Assembly (NCBI GenBank): GCA_964448715.1
Contig: CAYUWX010000001.1
Span: forward strand, 1-62,454
Reading direction: 5' to 3'
Origin: Candidatus Woesearchaeota archaeon
Lineage (GTDB): Archaea > Nanobdellota > Nanobdellia > SCGC-AAA011-G17 > PNOQ01
DNA length: 62,454 bases
In this document: one piece after another, positions 26,570 to 37,121 of the stretch
Layout of the letters: each line of letters starts with the position of its first letter
Numbering within the stretch: the first letter of the stretch is position 1
Notes under the pieces: model-generated
Seen by the model: only the letters and a program-made list of their open reading frames with translations
What the model was told of the DNA's origin: nothing
Databases searched by the model: none
Position numbers and translations under genes: made by a program

Positions 26570-26874
26570 GTAGGTCAAAAATCATAAATTCTAAACACGA
26601 TAAAAGATTAACAGAAATACTAAGATCGGAAATAAGGCAAGAAATAAATGGAATAAAAGTAATTGCAAAAGAAACTCAATTTTGGAGAGGAAATAATTTA
26701 ATTGCAGAACCTGATGGATTAATCTGGAATGGGGATGAACTTTATATTATAGAATACAAATGTAGTGAAAAAGGAATAGATAAAGCATACAGACAATTAA
26801 AAAATGCACAAAGATTTATGGAAAATGATTTAGGAATTTATGTTCCATATAAACATATAGTTAAGTGTGGTTAA
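26566..26874 (+). CDS. Small PD-(D/E)xK nuclease-fold protein, Hjc-like
   Basis: [19 protein letters not shown] parallels the Hjc pattern D-L-V-A-x-x-G-x3-L-x-I-E-V-K, with an upstream acidic residue in LRSEIRQEI. The ATG at 26566 overlaps the metK stop (ATGA); the track's TTG at 26542 is less likely. Confidence 0.45.
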   Translation: MSRSKIINSKHDKRLTEILRSEIRQEINGIKVIAKETQFWRGNNLIAEPDGLIWNGDELYIIEYKCSEKGIDKAYRQLKNAQRFMENDLGIYVPYKHIVKCG

Positions 26875-26923
26875 TTCTACAGAAACATTTATATATAGTT
26901 TGTATATATCCTGCGTATACACG

Positions 26924-27283
26924 ATGAAAGATATATTTGATACAACAGTTTTATGTTCTCGATGTAAAACTCAAATGGATAAAAAATTACAATTAAAAGA
27001 AGGACATAAATTAAGATTCTTCAATTGTTCAAAATGTTCTGAAAAAATTTATCACCCTTTAGATATTAAGAAATTTGAAGATTTTCAAAAATTAAAACAA
27101 AGAGAATTCCGAGTTAAATTAAGAATGGTAGGAAATTCATTTTCAGTTACCATTCCCAAAGAAATAATTGAATTTGAAGAACAATTTACAAAAATGGAAA
27201 GAGAAATGGATAAAATGATGAGATTAAGTTTAGAAGAACCAGGAAGAATAAAATTATGTTTTAGGAAAATGTTGGAGGAATAA
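26924..27283 (+). CDS. Zinc-ribbon plus AbrB/SpoVT-like swapped-hairpin domain protein
   Basis: CSRC...CSKC, then [23 protein letters not shown]. The ATG at 26924 is preceded by TATA-like tttatatata; the track's GTG at 26867 is less likely. It ends 2 nt before cdc48. Confidence 0.5.
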   Translation: MKDIFDTTVLCSRCKTQMDKKLQLKEGHKLRFFNCSKCSEKIYHPLDIKKFEDFQKLKQREFRVKLRMVGNSFSVTIPKEIIEFEEQFTKMEREMDKMMRLSLEEPGRIKLCFRKMLEE

Positions 27284-27284
27284 A

Positions 27285-29573
27285 ATGGCAAATAAAGAAG
27301 TTGAATTAAAAGTTATGGAAGCAATGCAAGAAGAAGCATATAAGGGAATAGTTAGAATTGACTCTCAAGATATGAAAGAAATAGGAATTCATGCAGGAGA
27401 TATTATTGAAATAGAAGGTAAAAGAAAAACTGTTGGAATTGCAGATAGAGCATATCCTACAGATGTAGGCGAGTCAGTTATTAGAATGGATGGAATTTTA
27501 AGAAGAAATGCTAAAACTAGCATTGGTGAATCCGTTAAAATAAGAAAAGTACAAGTAAAAGAAGCTAAAAAAATAACAATTGCACCTGCACAACAAGGTA
27601 TGATGGTTCAAGCAAATCCTGCAATATTTCAAAAAAGTTTACTTGGAAGAGTGGTATTAAAAGGAGATATAATTTCTTTAGGTGGAACAACTAGAAGAAG
27701 ATCCACATTTTCGGGCGGGCAATTTGAAGATATATTTTCAGATATTTTTGATCAATTACAATCAGGTTTTTTAGGAGGATTAGGAAGTTTAAAATTTGTA
27801 GTTGCAGATACTACTCCTAAAGACGCAGTTATTATTACGGAAAATACCCAAATACAAGTAAGTTCTAAAGCAGTGGAAATTACTGAAGAAGCACCCATAC
27901 CTGATGTAACTTATGAAGATATAGGTGGACTATCTGATGAAATTAGAAAAATTAGAGAGATGGTAGAATTACCTATGAAACATCCTGAATTATTTAATAG
28001 ATTAGGTATTGAACCTCCTTCAGGAGTTTTACTTCATGGCCCTCCAGGAACTGGAAAAACATTATTAGCTAAAGCAGTAGCAAATGAAACAGATTCTAAT
28101 TTTATGTTAATTAATGGTCCGGAAATAATGAATAAATTTTATGGAGAATCTGAAAAAAAGATTAGACAAATATTTGAAGAAGCTGCAGAAAAATCTCCTT
28201 CAATAATTTTCATAGATGAAATTGATGCAATTGCTCCAAAAAGAGAAGAAACAAGAGGAGAAGTTGAAAGAAGAGTTGTAGCTCAATTATTAACTATGAT
28301 GGATGGTTTGAATAAGAGAGGAAATGTTACAGTTATTGGTGCAACAAATAGACCAAATGCAATTGATGAAGCATTAAGGAGGCCGGGAAGATTTGATAGG
28401 GAAATTACTTTTGGAGTGCCAGATAAAAAAGGAAGATTAGAAATATTAAATATTCATACTAGAAATATGCCTTTGGCAAAAGATGTAGATAAAGAATCTT
28501 TAGCAGAAATAACTCACGGATTTGTAGGTGCAGATTTACAATCATTAGCAAAAGAAGCTGCAATGAATGTTCTAAGAAGAGTCATACCTGAATTAAATTT
28601 AAAGGATAAAACTGAACTTTCTGAAGAATTATTAAGTAAATTGATAATTAATGATAAAGATTTCAAAGATGCACTAAAAGAAGTAAGACCTTCTGCATTA
28701 AGAGAAATTTTAGTTGAAAAACCAAATATAAAATGGACAGATATAGGAGGTTTAGAAACAATGAAACAAGAACTTAAAGAAGTTGTAGAGTGGCCAATGA
28801 ATAATCCTGATGCATTTCATAGGATGGGGATAAAAGCACCTAAGGGAGTATTATTATATGGTCCTCCAGGAACTGGAAAAACATTATTAGCTAAGGCAGT
28901 AGCAAATGAAACAAATGCTAATTTTATTTTAGTAAAGGGTCCGGAATTATTATCTATGTGGATGGGTGAATCTGAAAAGGGTATGAGAAAAATATTTGAA
29001 AAGGCAAGACAAGCTTCCCCTTCAATAATTTTCTTTGATGAAATAGATTCAATTGCTTCACGAAGAGGGGCCGATCAAGGTAGTTCAAGAACTACTGAAA
29101 GGATGGTAAATCAACTTCTTACTGAAATGGATGGTTTAGAAGAATTAAATGATGTAGTAGTTTTAGCTGCAACAAATAGACCAGACATTATGGATCCTGC
29201 CTTACTAAGGCCAGGAAGATTTGATAGAATTTTATTAGTAAGTACACCTGACAAAAAAGGGAGAGAAGCAATTTTCAAAGTACATACAAAAAACATGCCT
29301 TTGGCAAAAAACGTTGATATAAAAGAGTTAGCAAACAAAACAAATAACTATGCGGGTTCAGATATAGAAGCAGTATGTAGGGAATCTGCAATGTTAATGT
29401 TAAGAGAAGATCTAAATGCTAAAGAAATTACAATGGAATATTTTGAAAAAGCATTAGAAAAAGTTCAACCTTCTATTAGAGAACAAGATATCAAAAAATA
29501 TGAAGAAATTGAATCTAAATATCTAAGAACTGCAAGGGGTGCAGCAATTCAAGATACAAACTATATGGGTTAA
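27285..29573 (+). CDS. cdc48: Cdc48/VCP/VAT-type double AAA+ ATPase
   Basis: 762 aa with an N-domain and two AAA modules, each carrying [17 protein letters not shown] plus DEID Walker B and RPGRFDR. The C-terminus ends ...DTNYMG. Confidence 0.9.
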   Translation: MANKEVELKVMEAMQEEAYKGIVRIDSQDMKEIGIHAGDIIEIEGKRKTVGIADRAYPTDVGESVIRMDGILRRNAKTSIGESVKIRKVQVKEAKKITIAPAQQGMMVQANPAIFQKSLLGRVVLKGDIISLGGTTRRRSTFSGGQFEDIFSDIFDQLQSGFLGGLGSLKFVVADTTPKDAVIITENTQIQVSSKAVEITEEAPIPDVTYEDIGGLSDEIRKIREMVELPMKHPELFNRLGIEPPSGVLLHGPPGTGKTLLAKAVANETDSNFMLINGPEIMNKFYGESEKKIRQIFEEAAEKSPSIIFIDEIDAIAPKREETRGEVERRVVAQLLTMMDGLNKRGNVTVIGATNRPNAIDEALRRPGRFDREITFGVPDKKGRLEILNIHTRNMPLAKDVDKESLAEITHGFVGADLQSLAKEAAMNVLRRVIPELNLKDKTELSEELLSKLIINDKDFKDALKEVRPSALREILVEKPNIKWTDIGGLETMKQELKEVVEWPMNNPDAFHRMGIKAPKGVLLYGPPGTGKTLLAKAVANETNANFILVKGPELLSMWMGESEKGMRKIFEKARQASPSIIFFDEIDSIASRRGADQGSSRTTERMVNQLLTEMDGLEELNDVVVLAATNRPDIMDPALLRPGRFDRILLVSTPDKKGREAIFKVHTKNMPLAKNVDIKELANKTNNYAGSDIEAVCRESAMLMLREDLNAKEITMEYFEKALEKVQPSIREQDIKKYEEIESKYLRTARGAAIQDTNYMG

Positions 29574-29627
29574 CTTTAAAAACTTTTTTTTCTTTTTTAT
29601 ATTATATAATTTTCAAGGGGGTGAAAA

Positions 29628-30017
29628 ATGGCAGATATAACCTATAGGAGTGAATTATTAGGTGCATTTACAGGAGTAATATTATTTATTGGATTGGCAG
29701 TATATATTTATACAGCATTAGTTTTAATGACTATTGCAAAAAAGACAGAAACTGAATATCCTTGGTTAGCATGGATTCCATTTGCAAATCTTTATTTAAT
29801 GACTCAAATAGCAAATGTTCCTTGGTGGACATTTTTAATAGTAATTGCAGCATCATTCATACCATTCGCAGGACAATTAATTGTAATGGGTATGTTAATT
29901 TGGTGGTGGTGGAGAATTGCTGAAGAAAGGGCAAAACCAGGTTGGCTAAGTTTATTAATGTTAATCCCAATAGTTAATTTTATTATAATGGGAGTTTTAG
30001 CATGGTCAGATAATTAA
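29628..30017 (+). CDS. Hypothetical small membrane protein
   Basis: 129 aa with about 4 transmembrane helices. Shine-Dalgarno GGGGGTG lies upstream. Confidence 0.5.
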   Translation: MADITYRSELLGAFTGVILFIGLAVYIYTALVLMTIAKKTETEYPWLAWIPFANLYLMTQIANVPWWTFLIVIAASFIPFAGQLIVMGMLIWWWWRIAEERAKPGWLSLLMLIPIVNFIIMGVLAWSDN

Positions 30018-30931
30018 ATATTTAAAATTTTTTTTATTTCTTTTTTATTTCTTGCTTGAGATAATTTCACTCTAAGTAAATTACCTCCCTTAACACCTTT
30101 AGTTAAATAAATAGCATGATCTTTTACATATTTCAAGGCAGGTTTATATTTATTACTTAATTCCAAATACTCTCTAAAAAATTTTAACTTATTTTTAAAA
30201 TTAATTTCCTTATAATTTCCTTTTTCCAAATAATCATTAATTTGTTTAAATATAAATGGATTTTTAGAAGCGGCCCTTCCAATCATAACATAATCGCAAC
30301 CAGTTTCCTCAAACATTCTTTTTGCATCTTCAGGAGAATTAATTCCACCATTCCCTACAACAGGAATACTTACACTTTCTTTAACTTGTTTTATTATATT
30401 CCAATCTGCCTCAGAACTTCTATCTTGAGTTTTAGTTTTTCCATGAATCGTAATAAATGCACACCCTTCTTCTTCAGCAATTTTAGCTATTTCTACAGCA
30501 TTGATACTTTTTTTATCCCATCCGGAGCGAATTTTTATAGAAATAGGTTTATCTGTAATAGATTTAGCCACTCTAATGATTTCCCTAATTTTATTAGGCC
30601 TTTTCATTAATGCAGCACCATTCCCCTGTTTAACAATTTTTTCAACAGGACAACCCATATTAAAATCAATAAAATCCACTTTATTTTCAACAAATTTAAT
30701 AGCCTTTTTTATGTCTTCTAAATTTTGTCCCATTAATTGAATCCCTATAGGTCGTTCTTGTTCTTGCACATCAAATAATTTAAGAGAATTATTATTTTTT
30801 CTAGCTAATGCAGTAGCAGAAATCATTTCAGTAAAAGTTAATCCTACCCCATATTTCTTACATAACAATCTAAATGAAACATCTGTTACATCAGCCATTG
30901 GTGCTAAAAAAAGATTAGATTTAAATTTCAT
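30014..30931 (-). CDS. dus: tRNA-dihydrouridine synthase
   Basis: LAPMADVTDVSFRLLC, GVDFIDFNMGCP, ITIHGKT. This is the Dus TIM-barrel pattern. Confidence 0.8.
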   Translation of the reverse strand: MKFKSNLFLAPMADVTDVSFRLLCKKYGVGLTFTEMISATALARKNNNSLKLFDVQEQERPIGIQLMGQNLEDIKKAIKFVENKVDFIDFNMGCPVEKIVKQGNGAALMKRPNKIREIIRVAKSITDKPISIKIRSGWDKKSINAVEIAKIAEEEGCAFITIHGKTKTQDRSSEADWNIIKQVKESVSIPVVGNGGINSPEDAKRMFEETGCDYVMIGRAASKNPFIFKQINDYLEKGNYKEINFKNKLKFFREYLELSNKYKPALKYVKDHAIYLTKGVKGGNLLRVKLSQARNKKEIKKILNI

Positions 30932-30946
30932 TTTTAGAATATAAGC

Positions 30947-30992
30947 GTGTTGAAAATGAAAAGAATCCGAAAATTCTAATCAAAATCAACAC
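30947..30992 (-). terminator. Nested hairpin between map and dus, a possible terminator
   Basis: Outer stem GTGTTGA/TCAACAC and inner stem AGAAT-ccgaaa-ATTCT, downstream of the map stop. Function is not established. Confidence 0.25.
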
Positions 30993-31052
30993 ATAAATAA
31001 GAAAATATATTAAATATATAAAGGTTATGTTACTACTAAAAATCAAGTAATT

Positions 31053-31946
31053 TTAGAGTTTTGTAGTAATTTTTTCACCAATAATAACCGTATGTTCCGA
31101 TTGACTAACTAAGGAGTTTTTTCTTTTTTCAGATAAAATTCCAAATTCATGCAAAATTCCCTCTTTTTTTAAAGAAAGTAAACCCATACTTAATTTTAAT
31201 TGATTAAAATCTTTAATTAATTGCCTTTTAGCAAAAGGAAGAGTTTTATATTTTTTTGAAATAAATTTAAAAATTTCTCTTCCTGATTCTAATCTTACTT
31301 TTTTTTGATTATTAATTATTTGATAAATTTCTGAAGATTTACTTTCATAAATCATACCTTCCCCATTACTAGCAAAAGGTTCAATAGCGATAATCTGGCC
31401 CTTGGTTAATTTAGTATTATCTCCGTTAGCAAAATTAGGTACACTTGGAGCAGTATGTATTTGCCACCTATCTAAACCATGGCCCCCTAAATTTTTTACA
31501 GGCTTAAACCCTAATCCATTAATTTCTTCTTCAATAACTCTTCCAATATCATTTAAAGTTGTTCCAGGTGTAGCAATATCTAATGAGGCATTTAATGCAT
31601 TTTTACTAGCTTTAATTAATTTTGAATTATCTCCTAAATCTATAGTAATTGCAGTATCTCCAATTGCACCATTTATATGAACGCCTACATCAAGTTTAAT
31701 TACATCCCCTTCATGAAAATTATAATCAGTATTTATTAAAGAATTATAATGTGCAGCAATATTATTTGCAGAAATTTGAGTAGGAAATGCCAACTCTCCA
31801 CCTAGTTCTAATATTTTTGCTTCAATTTTTTCAGTAGCAACCCTATGGGATCTTCTAGGTTTTATCCATTTTTTACCATATTCTCTTGCTTCTGCCGCAA
31901 TCTCGCCAGCCTTTATCCAGTCTTTCATATAATTAAGTAAGAACAA
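31053..31946 (-). CDS. map: Methionine aminopeptidase, type 2 (archaeal)
   Basis: 297 aa. The pita-bread fold metal ligands are spaced as in archaeal MetAP, with an inserted helical subdomain. An alternative start is at 31928 (MKDWIKAG). Confidence 0.85.
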   Translation of the reverse strand: MFLLNYMKDWIKAGEIAAEAREYGKKWIKPRRSHRVATEKIEAKILELGGELAFPTQISANNIAAHYNSLINTDYNFHEGDVIKLDVGVHINGAIGDTAITIDLGDNSKLIKASKNALNASLDIATPGTTLNDIGRVIEEEINGLGFKPVKNLGGHGLDRWQIHTAPSVPNFANGDNTKLTKGQIIAIEPFASNGEGMIYESKSSEIYQIINNQKKVRLESGREIFKFISKKYKTLPFAKRQLIKDFNQLKLSMGLLSLKKEGILHEFGILSEKRKNSLVSQSEHTVIIGEKITTKL

Positions 31947-31978
31947 ATCTTTAAAAATCTAACCCCCTTTTTATAAAT

Positions 31979-34288
31979 ATGAAAGGATTTATAATTTTTT
32001 CAACATTAAAGGTAATTAATGAAAAACCCCATATATTATTATATGGTAGATTGGAAAATAATGAATCGTTTTTAACAATAAATCAATTTGATCCATATTT
32101 TTTTATTAAAACTAATGATTTAAAGAAAGCAAAAAATATAGAAAAAATAGAATATGAAGAAACAAAATTAACTAATTTTCAAAAAGAATTAATGACTAAA
32201 GTAAAATTAAATCATCCCAAGGAAATTTCAGAATTAAGAACAATTTTTGAATCTGAAAATATTAAAACATATGAATCTGATATAAGATTTCCAACTAGAT
32301 ATTTGATAGATAATAATATTCAAGGTTCAATAGAAATAGATGGAGATTATGATTGTGCAGAAACAATAGATAGAGTTTATAAAAATCCTGAAATAAGTTC
32401 AGTAGAATACACTCCAAATAATCTCAAAATATTATCGTTTGACATTGAAACTAATAAAAATGCAAAAGAAATTTATTGCATTTCTATGTTTTCCAAAAAC
32501 TACAAAAAATCATTAATTATTTCAAACAAGAAAGTTAAAAATGCAATATCGTGTATTGATGAAGAAGAATTATTAGAAAAATTTCGAGAAGAGATTATAA
32601 ATTTTGATCCAGACATAATTACAGGATGGAATGTAATAGATTTCGATTTTAAAGTATTAAGAGACAAGTTTAAGGAAAATAAAATTAATTTTATATTAGG
32701 AAGAGATAATTCTCCTTCAAAATTAAGATTAGAATCAAGTTTTTTTAGGACAAGTAAGGCAGATATTTCTGGAAGAGTAGTTTTAGATGGAATAGATTTA
32801 ATAAAATCTTCTTTTATAAAATTAGAAAATTATAAATTGAATACTGCCGCAAAAACACTACTAGGAAAATCAAAACTTATACAAAAATTAGGAACTAGTA
32901 AATCTGAAGAAATAGATAGACTATACAAAGAAGATAAAGAATCTTTAATAGATTACAATCTTCTTGATGCAGAATTGGCATATAGAATAATCACTGAAGC
33001 AGATTTAGTAAACTTAGCAATACAAAGATCCTTATTAACAGGAATGCCTTTGGATAGAGTTAATGCATCAATTGCATCATTAGATTTTCTTTATTTACAA
33101 AAAGCAAGAAAAAAAGGATTAGTTTGTCCAACAAATCTTAATTCAGACAGAGAAGCAAGAATAAAAGGAGGATATGTTATGGAATCTCTCCCAGGAATTT
33201 ATGATAATATTTTAGTTTTAGATTTTAAATCCCTATATCCTTCAATAATCAGAACTTTCAATATAGATGCAGCTGCATACTTAGAAAAAAAGAAAAAAGG
33301 AGCAATAGAATCACCTAACAAAGCATATTTTGAAAATAAAGATGGAGTTATGCCAGAAATAATCAAAGAATTATGGGCAGAAAGAGAAATAACTAGAAAA
33401 GAAAAAAATGAATTAGGAAGATATGCAATTAAAATTTTAATGAATTCTTTTTTTGGAGTATTAGCAAATCCTTCTTGCAGATTTTACAATCTTAAAATGG
33501 CTAATGCAATCACCCATTTTGGTCAAGAATTAATTAAAGAAACTGCAAAAAAAGTAGAAGAATATGGATATAAAGTAATATACTCAGATACCGATTCTGT
33601 TTTTATAAATACAAAATTAGATTCTAAAGAACAAGCAGAAAAAGCAGGAAAAAAATTAGAAAAAGAAATTAATGAGTTTTATGACAAAACAATAGAAAAA
33701 AAATACCATCGAAAAAGTTATTTAGAATTAGAATATGAAAAAATTTATTTAAGATTTTTAATGCCAAAAATTAGAGGAAAAGAAACAGGTGCAAAAAAAA
33801 GATATGCAGGTTTATTAATTAAAGATTCAAAAGAAATTATAGATTTTGTGGGTTTAGAAACAGTAAGATCCGATTGGACAGAAGCAGCAAAAATATTTCA
33901 AAAAAAAGTATATGATAAAATATTTCATAAAAAAGATCCAACAAGTTACATAAAAGAATTTGTAGAAGATTTGAGAAATGGAAAATATGATAAAGAATTA
34001 ATATACAAAAAATCAATTAGAAAAGAGTTAGGAGAATATATTAAAATAACTCCTCCCCATGTAAAAGCTGCAAGAAAATTAAAAAAATTAGAATCAAATA
34101 TAGTAGAATATTATATTACAACAGGAGGGCCAGAGCCAATTCAAAATTTAAATAATAAAATAGATTATAATCACTACATAAACAAACAGATAAAACCCAT
34201 AGCAGATACCATCTTAATGTTTTTTGATACAAATTTTAATGATTTATTAAAAGGGACAAAACAAACTTCTCTTTTTTCTTATTCATAA
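31979..34288 (+). CDS. pol: Family B DNA polymerase
   Basis: Exo I FDIET, motif A LDFKSLYPSII, motif C YSDTDS and a KxY region. At 769 aa it is uninterrupted. Confidence 0.9.
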   Translation: MKGFIIFSTLKVINEKPHILLYGRLENNESFLTINQFDPYFFIKTNDLKKAKNIEKIEYEETKLTNFQKELMTKVKLNHPKEISELRTIFESENIKTYESDIRFPTRYLIDNNIQGSIEIDGDYDCAETIDRVYKNPEISSVEYTPNNLKILSFDIETNKNAKEIYCISMFSKNYKKSLIISNKKVKNAISCIDEEELLEKFREEIINFDPDIITGWNVIDFDFKVLRDKFKENKINFILGRDNSPSKLRLESSFFRTSKADISGRVVLDGIDLIKSSFIKLENYKLNTAAKTLLGKSKLIQKLGTSKSEEIDRLYKEDKESLIDYNLLDAELAYRIITEADLVNLAIQRSLLTGMPLDRVNASIASLDFLYLQKARKKGLVCPTNLNSDREARIKGGYVMESLPGIYDNILVLDFKSLYPSIIRTFNIDAAAYLEKKKKGAIESPNKAYFENKDGVMPEIIKELWAEREITRKEKNELGRYAIKILMNSFFGVLANPSCRFYNLKMANAITHFGQELIKETAKKVEEYGYKVIYSDTDSVFINTKLDSKEQAEKAGKKLEKEINEFYDKTIEKKYHRKSYLELEYEKIYLRFLMPKIRGKETGAKKRYAGLLIKDSKEIIDFVGLETVRSDWTEAAKIFQKKVYDKIFHKKDPTSYIKEFVEDLRNGKYDKELIYKKSIRKELGEYIKITPPHVKAARKLKKLESNIVEYYITTGGPEPIQNLNNKIDYNHYINKQIKPIADTILMFFDTNFNDLLKGTKQTSLFSYS

Positions 34289-34319
34289 CTTTTAAATAAT
34301 AAAATAACTTCATATAATT

Positions 34320-35315
34320 ATGGGCGTAGCAATATCTTCTTTAATTTCAAAAAAAGAAATTTCTTTACAAGATTTAAAAGGAAAAAAATTAGCAATCGAT
34401 TCTTCTAATGTGATTTATCAATTCTTGGCTTCAATAAGACAAATGGATGGAACCCCATTAATGGATTCTAATGGGAATATTACTTCTCACTTATTGGGAC
34501 TTTCTACGAGAATTCCAAAATTAATGGAAGAAAATATTAAATTAGTATTTGTATTCGATGGGAAACCTCCTACAATGAAATTTCAAGAATCTCAATTAAG
34601 AGAAGTAAGAAAACAAAAAGCAGAAGAAAAATTAAAAAAAGTAGATAAAGAGGATATTGAGTCACAATCCAAATATAAAAGACAAACAATAAGATTAACA
34701 AAAGAAATTGTACAAGAATCAAAAGAATTTATTCAAGCATTAGGTTTACCCGTAATTCAGGCACCTTCTGAAGCAGAAGCACAAGCTGCATTCATGGCAG
34801 AAAAAAAAGATGTATATGCAATAGTATCTCAAGATACGGATTCATTATTATTTAATTCGCCAAAAGTTATAAGGAATTTAACAGTTTCTCCAAAAAGAAA
34901 AATAAAAGGAATGTACGTAAAAGTTTATCCAGAAATGATAGAATTAAAAGATGTTCTTCAAAAATTAAAAATAAATCAAGATCAATTATTAGCATTATCA
35001 ATTTTAGTTGGAACAGATTATAATCCGGGCGGGATAAAAGGTATAGGTCCTAAAACTGCATTAAAATTAGTTCAACAACATAAGTCATTTGATAAAATAT
35101 TTGCAAATGTGGAAGCAGAATTTAATTGGAAAAAAGTTTATGCAACTTTCAAAAATATGCCATTAATAAAAAATTATCAATTAAAATGGAAAGAACCAGA
35201 TTTAGACAAACTTCAAGATATTTTACAAAAACACGACTTTTCAGAACAAAGAATAGATAAATTAATGGAAAGATTAAAACCCAAAAAACAAAAAGCACTA
35301 GATAGGTGGTTTTAA
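34320..35315 (+). CDS. fen: Flap endonuclease 1
   Basis: MGV...L start, XPG-N/XPG-I motifs (FVFDGKPP, QAPSEAEAQ, SQDTDSLLF) and an H3TH motif (GTDYNPGGIKGIGPKTA). Confidence 0.9.
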   Translation: MGVAISSLISKKEISLQDLKGKKLAIDSSNVIYQFLASIRQMDGTPLMDSNGNITSHLLGLSTRIPKLMEENIKLVFVFDGKPPTMKFQESQLREVRKQKAEEKLKKVDKEDIESQSKYKRQTIRLTKEIVQESKEFIQALGLPVIQAPSEAEAQAAFMAEKKDVYAIVSQDTDSLLFNSPKVIRNLTVSPKRKIKGMYVKVYPEMIELKDVLQKLKINQDQLLALSILVGTDYNPGGIKGIGPKTALKLVQQHKSFDKIFANVEAEFNWKKVYATFKNMPLIKNYQLKWKEPDLDKLQDILQKHDFSEQRIDKLMERLKPKKQKALDRWF

Positions 35316-35340
35316 ATACTAATAATATTAATTAATAAAA

Positions 35341-35781
35341 ATGGAAAAATTTGAGGAAATGATTGGGCCCACAAGAAGATATTATATTCCTCATTATTTT
35401 CTAAATTTAATATTAATTGGTTTAACTATATACTTTCATTCCGTAATTTTTTTAGTATGGGCACTTCCTATATTAATCATTATTATTTTTATTTATACTG
35501 AAATACATCATGCATCTTTGGCAAGATTAACTGTAGATCAAGATGGGTTATTTTTAGAAAGAAAATTTCTTAATAGATCTTCAATAAATTTAGATTTTAT
35601 TAATATATATTCTATAGAACTACATCAAACAGTTTTTGGAAGAATATTAAATTATGGTAATTTAGAATTTAATGCAAGAGGGAAATCAGATAAAGGAATT
35701 AATTTAGTTCATATAGCTAATCCTGTAGAAGTTAAAAATAAAATTGATATATTGGTGGGAAAATCTAAATATAAAAAATAA
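35341..35781 (+). CDS. Membrane protein with a bacterial PH (YdbS/YdbT-like) domain
   Basis: Two transmembrane helices followed by IELHQTVFGRILNYGNLEF, typical of the bPH_2 family. Confidence 0.5.
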   Translation: MEKFEEMIGPTRRYYIPHYFLNLILIGLTIYFHSVIFLVWALPILIIIIFIYTEIHHASLARLTVDQDGLFLERKFLNRSSINLDFINIYSIELHQTVFGRILNYGNLEFNARGKSDKGINLVHIANPVEVKNKIDILVGKSKYKK

Positions 35782-35785
35782 TTTC

Positions 35786-36172
35786 TTATTGAACTGCACT
35801 TTGTCCCCAAGCACCAATTATTAAGTAGATTGAATATAGTGCTAAGATAAATTGTAATATAATTCCATTAACATTAAATACAAAAGGTAAATTAACCCCT
35901 AATCCCATTAAAAAAACATATAATCCCAAGATGGCAATTATTAATCCTAATAAAACCCAAAAAAATCTTTTTACACCGCTATCCCTTCTAAATGATTCAA
36001 ATAAAATTAAAATACCTACTACAAAAATTAAGAAGATCATTAAATTTTCTCCAATTTCAAAATTATAAGGAAATACTTCAAAAAAAGGCATAATTGCCAT
36101 ATATAAAAATACTAATCCTATAAATACCCATAATAAACTTCTTGGCCAAATAAATCTTCCCTTTTTATCCAT
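35786..36172 (-). CDS. Hypothetical membrane protein
   Basis: 128 aa with 4 hydrophobic helices. Confidence 0.45.
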   Translation of the reverse strand: MDKKGRFIWPRSLLWVFIGLVFLYMAIMPFFEVFPYNFEIGENLMIFLIFVVGILILFESFRRDSGVKRFFWVLLGLIIAILGLYVFLMGLGVNLPFVFNVNGIILQFILALYSIYLIIGAWGQSAVQ

Positions 36173-36247
36173 AATCTTATTTAATCAAATTATTATTTAA
36201 ATCTATCGAAAAATAACTTTATAAATTCAAATAAACAAAATATAATC

Positions 36248-37036
36248 ATGTTTTTCAAAAAAAAAGAAATATCTAATCATGATATTAAAAAAATTCCTAG
36301 ATCATATGAAGTAGTTGGGGATATTTTAATTTTTTCTGATTTTCCTAAAGAATTAAATAAAAAAGAAAAAACAATTGGAGAATATTTAATTAAAACTTTA
36401 AAAAATATAAATGTTGTAACAAAAAAAACAAAATCTTTTTCTGGGAAATATAGAACCCAAAAACTAAAAATAATAGCAGGAGAAAAAAGAAAAGAAACTA
36501 TACATAAAGAAAATGGGGTAAAAATAAAAGTAAATCCTGAAAAAGCATATTTCTCTGTAAAATCTGCAACTGAAAGATTAAGAATAGCCAATTTAATAAA
36601 AAAACAAGAAAAAGTACTAGTAATGTTTTCAGGAGTAGCACCATTTCCATTAACAATCGCAAAACATTCTAAAGCAAAAGAAATTTATGGGATTGAAATA
36701 AATCCTATTGCTCATAAATATGCTGAAGAGAATATTAAATTAAATAAATTTTCTAATATTAAAGTTTTCAAAGGAGATGTAAACAAAATTCTTCCAAAAT
36801 TAAATGAAAAATTTAATAGAATAGTTATGCCCTTACCTAAAACATCGGAAAAATATTTTGATTTAGCACTTAAATATATTAATCCAAAAGGAAAAATCCA
36901 TTTATACATTTTTGAAAGAGAAGATAATTTCAAAAAGTTAAAAGAAAAATACCAAAAATATAATCCTAAAATCATTAAAGCAGGTTCACCATCTCCAGGA
37001 AACTATAGAGTTTGTTTAGATTTAAATTTAAAATAA
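36248..37036 (+). CDS. trm5: tRNA (guanine37-N1)-methyltransferase, Trm5/Met-10 family
   Basis: YEVVGDILIF near the N-terminus and the SAM-binding motif VLVMFSGVAPFPLTIAKH. Size is typical of the archaeal Trm5b class. Confidence 0.7.
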   Translation: MFFKKKEISNHDIKKIPRSYEVVGDILIFSDFPKELNKKEKTIGEYLIKTLKNINVVTKKTKSFSGKYRTQKLKIIAGEKRKETIHKENGVKIKVNPEKAYFSVKSATERLRIANLIKKQEKVLVMFSGVAPFPLTIAKHSKAKEIYGIEINPIAHKYAEENIKLNKFSNIKVFKGDVNKILPKLNEKFNRIVMPLPKTSEKYFDLALKYINPKGKIHLYIFEREDNFKKLKEKYQKYNPKIIKAGSPSPGNYRVCLDLNLK

Positions 37037-37121
37037 AGTTTTCTAAAGCTTTCTAAAGTATTGAAATAAAGTTTTCTTAAAAAGAAAAAAATCAATATAA
37101 TCCCATAAGGAGGTAATTAAT

